The notes under the pieces: generated by a model | What the model was told of the DNA's origin: nothing | Databases searched by the model: none | What the model saw: only the letters and a program-made list of their open reading frames with translations | Shown: piece by piece, positions 63,070-64,000 of the stretch | Layout of the letters: every line of letters starts with the position of its first letter | How positions within the stretch are numbered: position 1 is the first letter of the stretch | Source: a virus | Length of the DNA stretch: 64,000 nucleotides | Virus record (IMG/VR): IMGVR_UViG_3300025141_013434 | Span: 1 to 64,000 of that record | Reading direction: 5' to 3' (one strand) | Program-made: the position numbers and the translations under genes

Positions 63070-63148
63070 TTTAAATCTCCTTAAAGTATATTTCAAGGCC
63101 CTGAACGCCTTATCATAGGTTTCACTTATAAATAGTTATCCACAAACG

Positions 63149-63177
63149 AAAAAGCCCCCTCAAATGAATGAGGGGGC
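63149..63177 (-). terminator. intrinsic terminator after the major capsid gene
   Basis: GCCCCCTCA-N6-TGAGGGGGC followed by TTTTT. Confidence 0.85.
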
Positions 63178-63207
63178 CAAATCTTTTTAGTTAGTTATCA
63201 GACTCTA

Positions 63208-64000
63208 TCAAGAGCCAGCCTCACCAAGGAGACCACGGACAATAACAAGACCATACATATCTGGTCGGACCATCTTCTTGGCGTAACGGGTCATAACTCC
63301 CTTACGCGGCACGAAGTCTTCCGTACCAAAAATGGTCGGTGTCACCTGCAGTGGCACATACGGAGCGTAAACATAGCCACTCTCAAGGAATGAGCCACCC
63401 TTACGGCCGACGAGGACCACATTGCGAGGGAAGTAGGGGTCAACGTAAACGTCCCACTTCTTGCTAAGGGATCCACTCTTAACTGCACCAACGGTTCCGC
63501 GGTCTGCATCCGCAGTTACACTGGCTCGGAAGCCACTAGTAAACTCAAGGATGTTAGCAACCTCTGGAGAACAAACAACGAAGTTTGCGCCTCCGCGGAG
63601 CGTCTTTCTGTGGATCTGAGCCGACACGTCATTGATCGTCTCAATAAGGGTCTCGTACCACTCGCTGACGGTGCCGGTGAAGTCTGGAGCTGCCGAAGTA
63701 GCGCCGAGTTCACTTCCGTTACTATCAACGAAAAGGCCTGGAGCGCGGCTCCAGTAACGAGTACCAGCCTTTGCACCAACGATAAGATCACCAAGAATTT
63801 CCTGATCAATTTCAAGAGCAATCTGCTCCGAAAGAATACCAGTCAATTCGACTTCAGCATCAAGATTGTGGTATGCGTTGAGATCCTGTCCCAACTCAGG
63901 GGTCCACTTGGCCTTGAGCTTCTTAGTTACGGCCGTCACGGCAATACTGTCGACCTTGATGTCGATCTCTGGAATACGCTGCTTGCCCGAGGAAGAACCA
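63208..64000 (-). CDS. major capsid protein (T4 gp23-like), 5' part outside the window
   Basis: KKLKAKWTPELGQDLNAYHNLDAEVEL...EIDQEI; ANFVVCSP; GYVYAPYVPL; PRKGVMTRY. Confidence 0.97.
   Translation of the reverse strand, partial: GSSSGKQRIPEIDIKVDSIAVTAVTKKLKAKWTPELGQDLNAYHNLDAEVELTGILSEQIALEIDQEILGDLIVGAKAGTRYWSRAPGLFVDSNGSELGATSAAPDFTGTVSEWYETLIETINDVSAQIHRKTLRGGANFVVCSPEVANILEFTSGFRASVTADADRGTVGAVKSGSLSKKWDVYVDPYFPRNVVLVGRKGGSFLESGYVYAPYVPLQVTPTIFGTEDFVPRKGVMTRYAKKMVRPDMYGLVIVRGLLGEAGS

Noticed and set aside
1-64000. Stop-codon reassignment
   Set aside because: Conserved long genes are intact in code 11, all three stop codons terminate genes, and no suppressor tRNA is seen.

Overview
This is a 64-kb segment of a large, lytic, T4-like (contractile-tailed, probably jumbo) bacteriophage genome. 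It uses the standard genetic code, and essentially every credible gene is on the minus strand. Read in the direction of transcription (right to left), it has four blocks. (1) 64.0-40.6 kb is the virion module: 3' part of the major capsid protein, neck proteins, two paralogous tail-terminator-like genes, a repeat-containing fibre, sheath, tube, a tail chaperone pair with a frameshift site, tape measure and baseplate. (2) 40.6-21.7 kb covers replication and nucleotide metabolism: a PolA-like polymerase domain, a divergent tubulin/FtsZ-like protein, gp32-like SSB, RecA/UvsX, 5' exonuclease, gp41/DnaB helicase, class II RNR, GroES, DnaE, dUTPase, GMP reductase/IMPDH and a sigma-region-4-only protein. 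It also contains a myxobacterial-style Cys/Asp-repeat + VWA lipoprotein. (3) 21.6-10.4 kb carries ClpP, GroEL and glutaredoxin, interleaved with single 'late' genes. (4) 10.4-0.1 kb is an accessory region with four tRNAs (Arg-UCU, Pro-UGG, Ile-UAU, Leu-UAA), two HNH nucleases, an FKBP PPIase, DoxX, a beta-barrel OMP, many small lipoproteins and KOW/SH3-like proteins. Three promoter classes can be read directly from the DNA: sigma70 consensus; a 4-copy ECF-like TTGAAT-N16-CGTCNAA with an upstream IHF-like box; and a roughly 13-copy late motif CTANTTA. Several ORFs missed or truncated by the ORF track seem to need frameshifting or AUU starts. Protein styles suggest a Myxococcota/deltaproteobacterial host (inference). 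All protein calls come from motif recognition by eye; no database searches were run.
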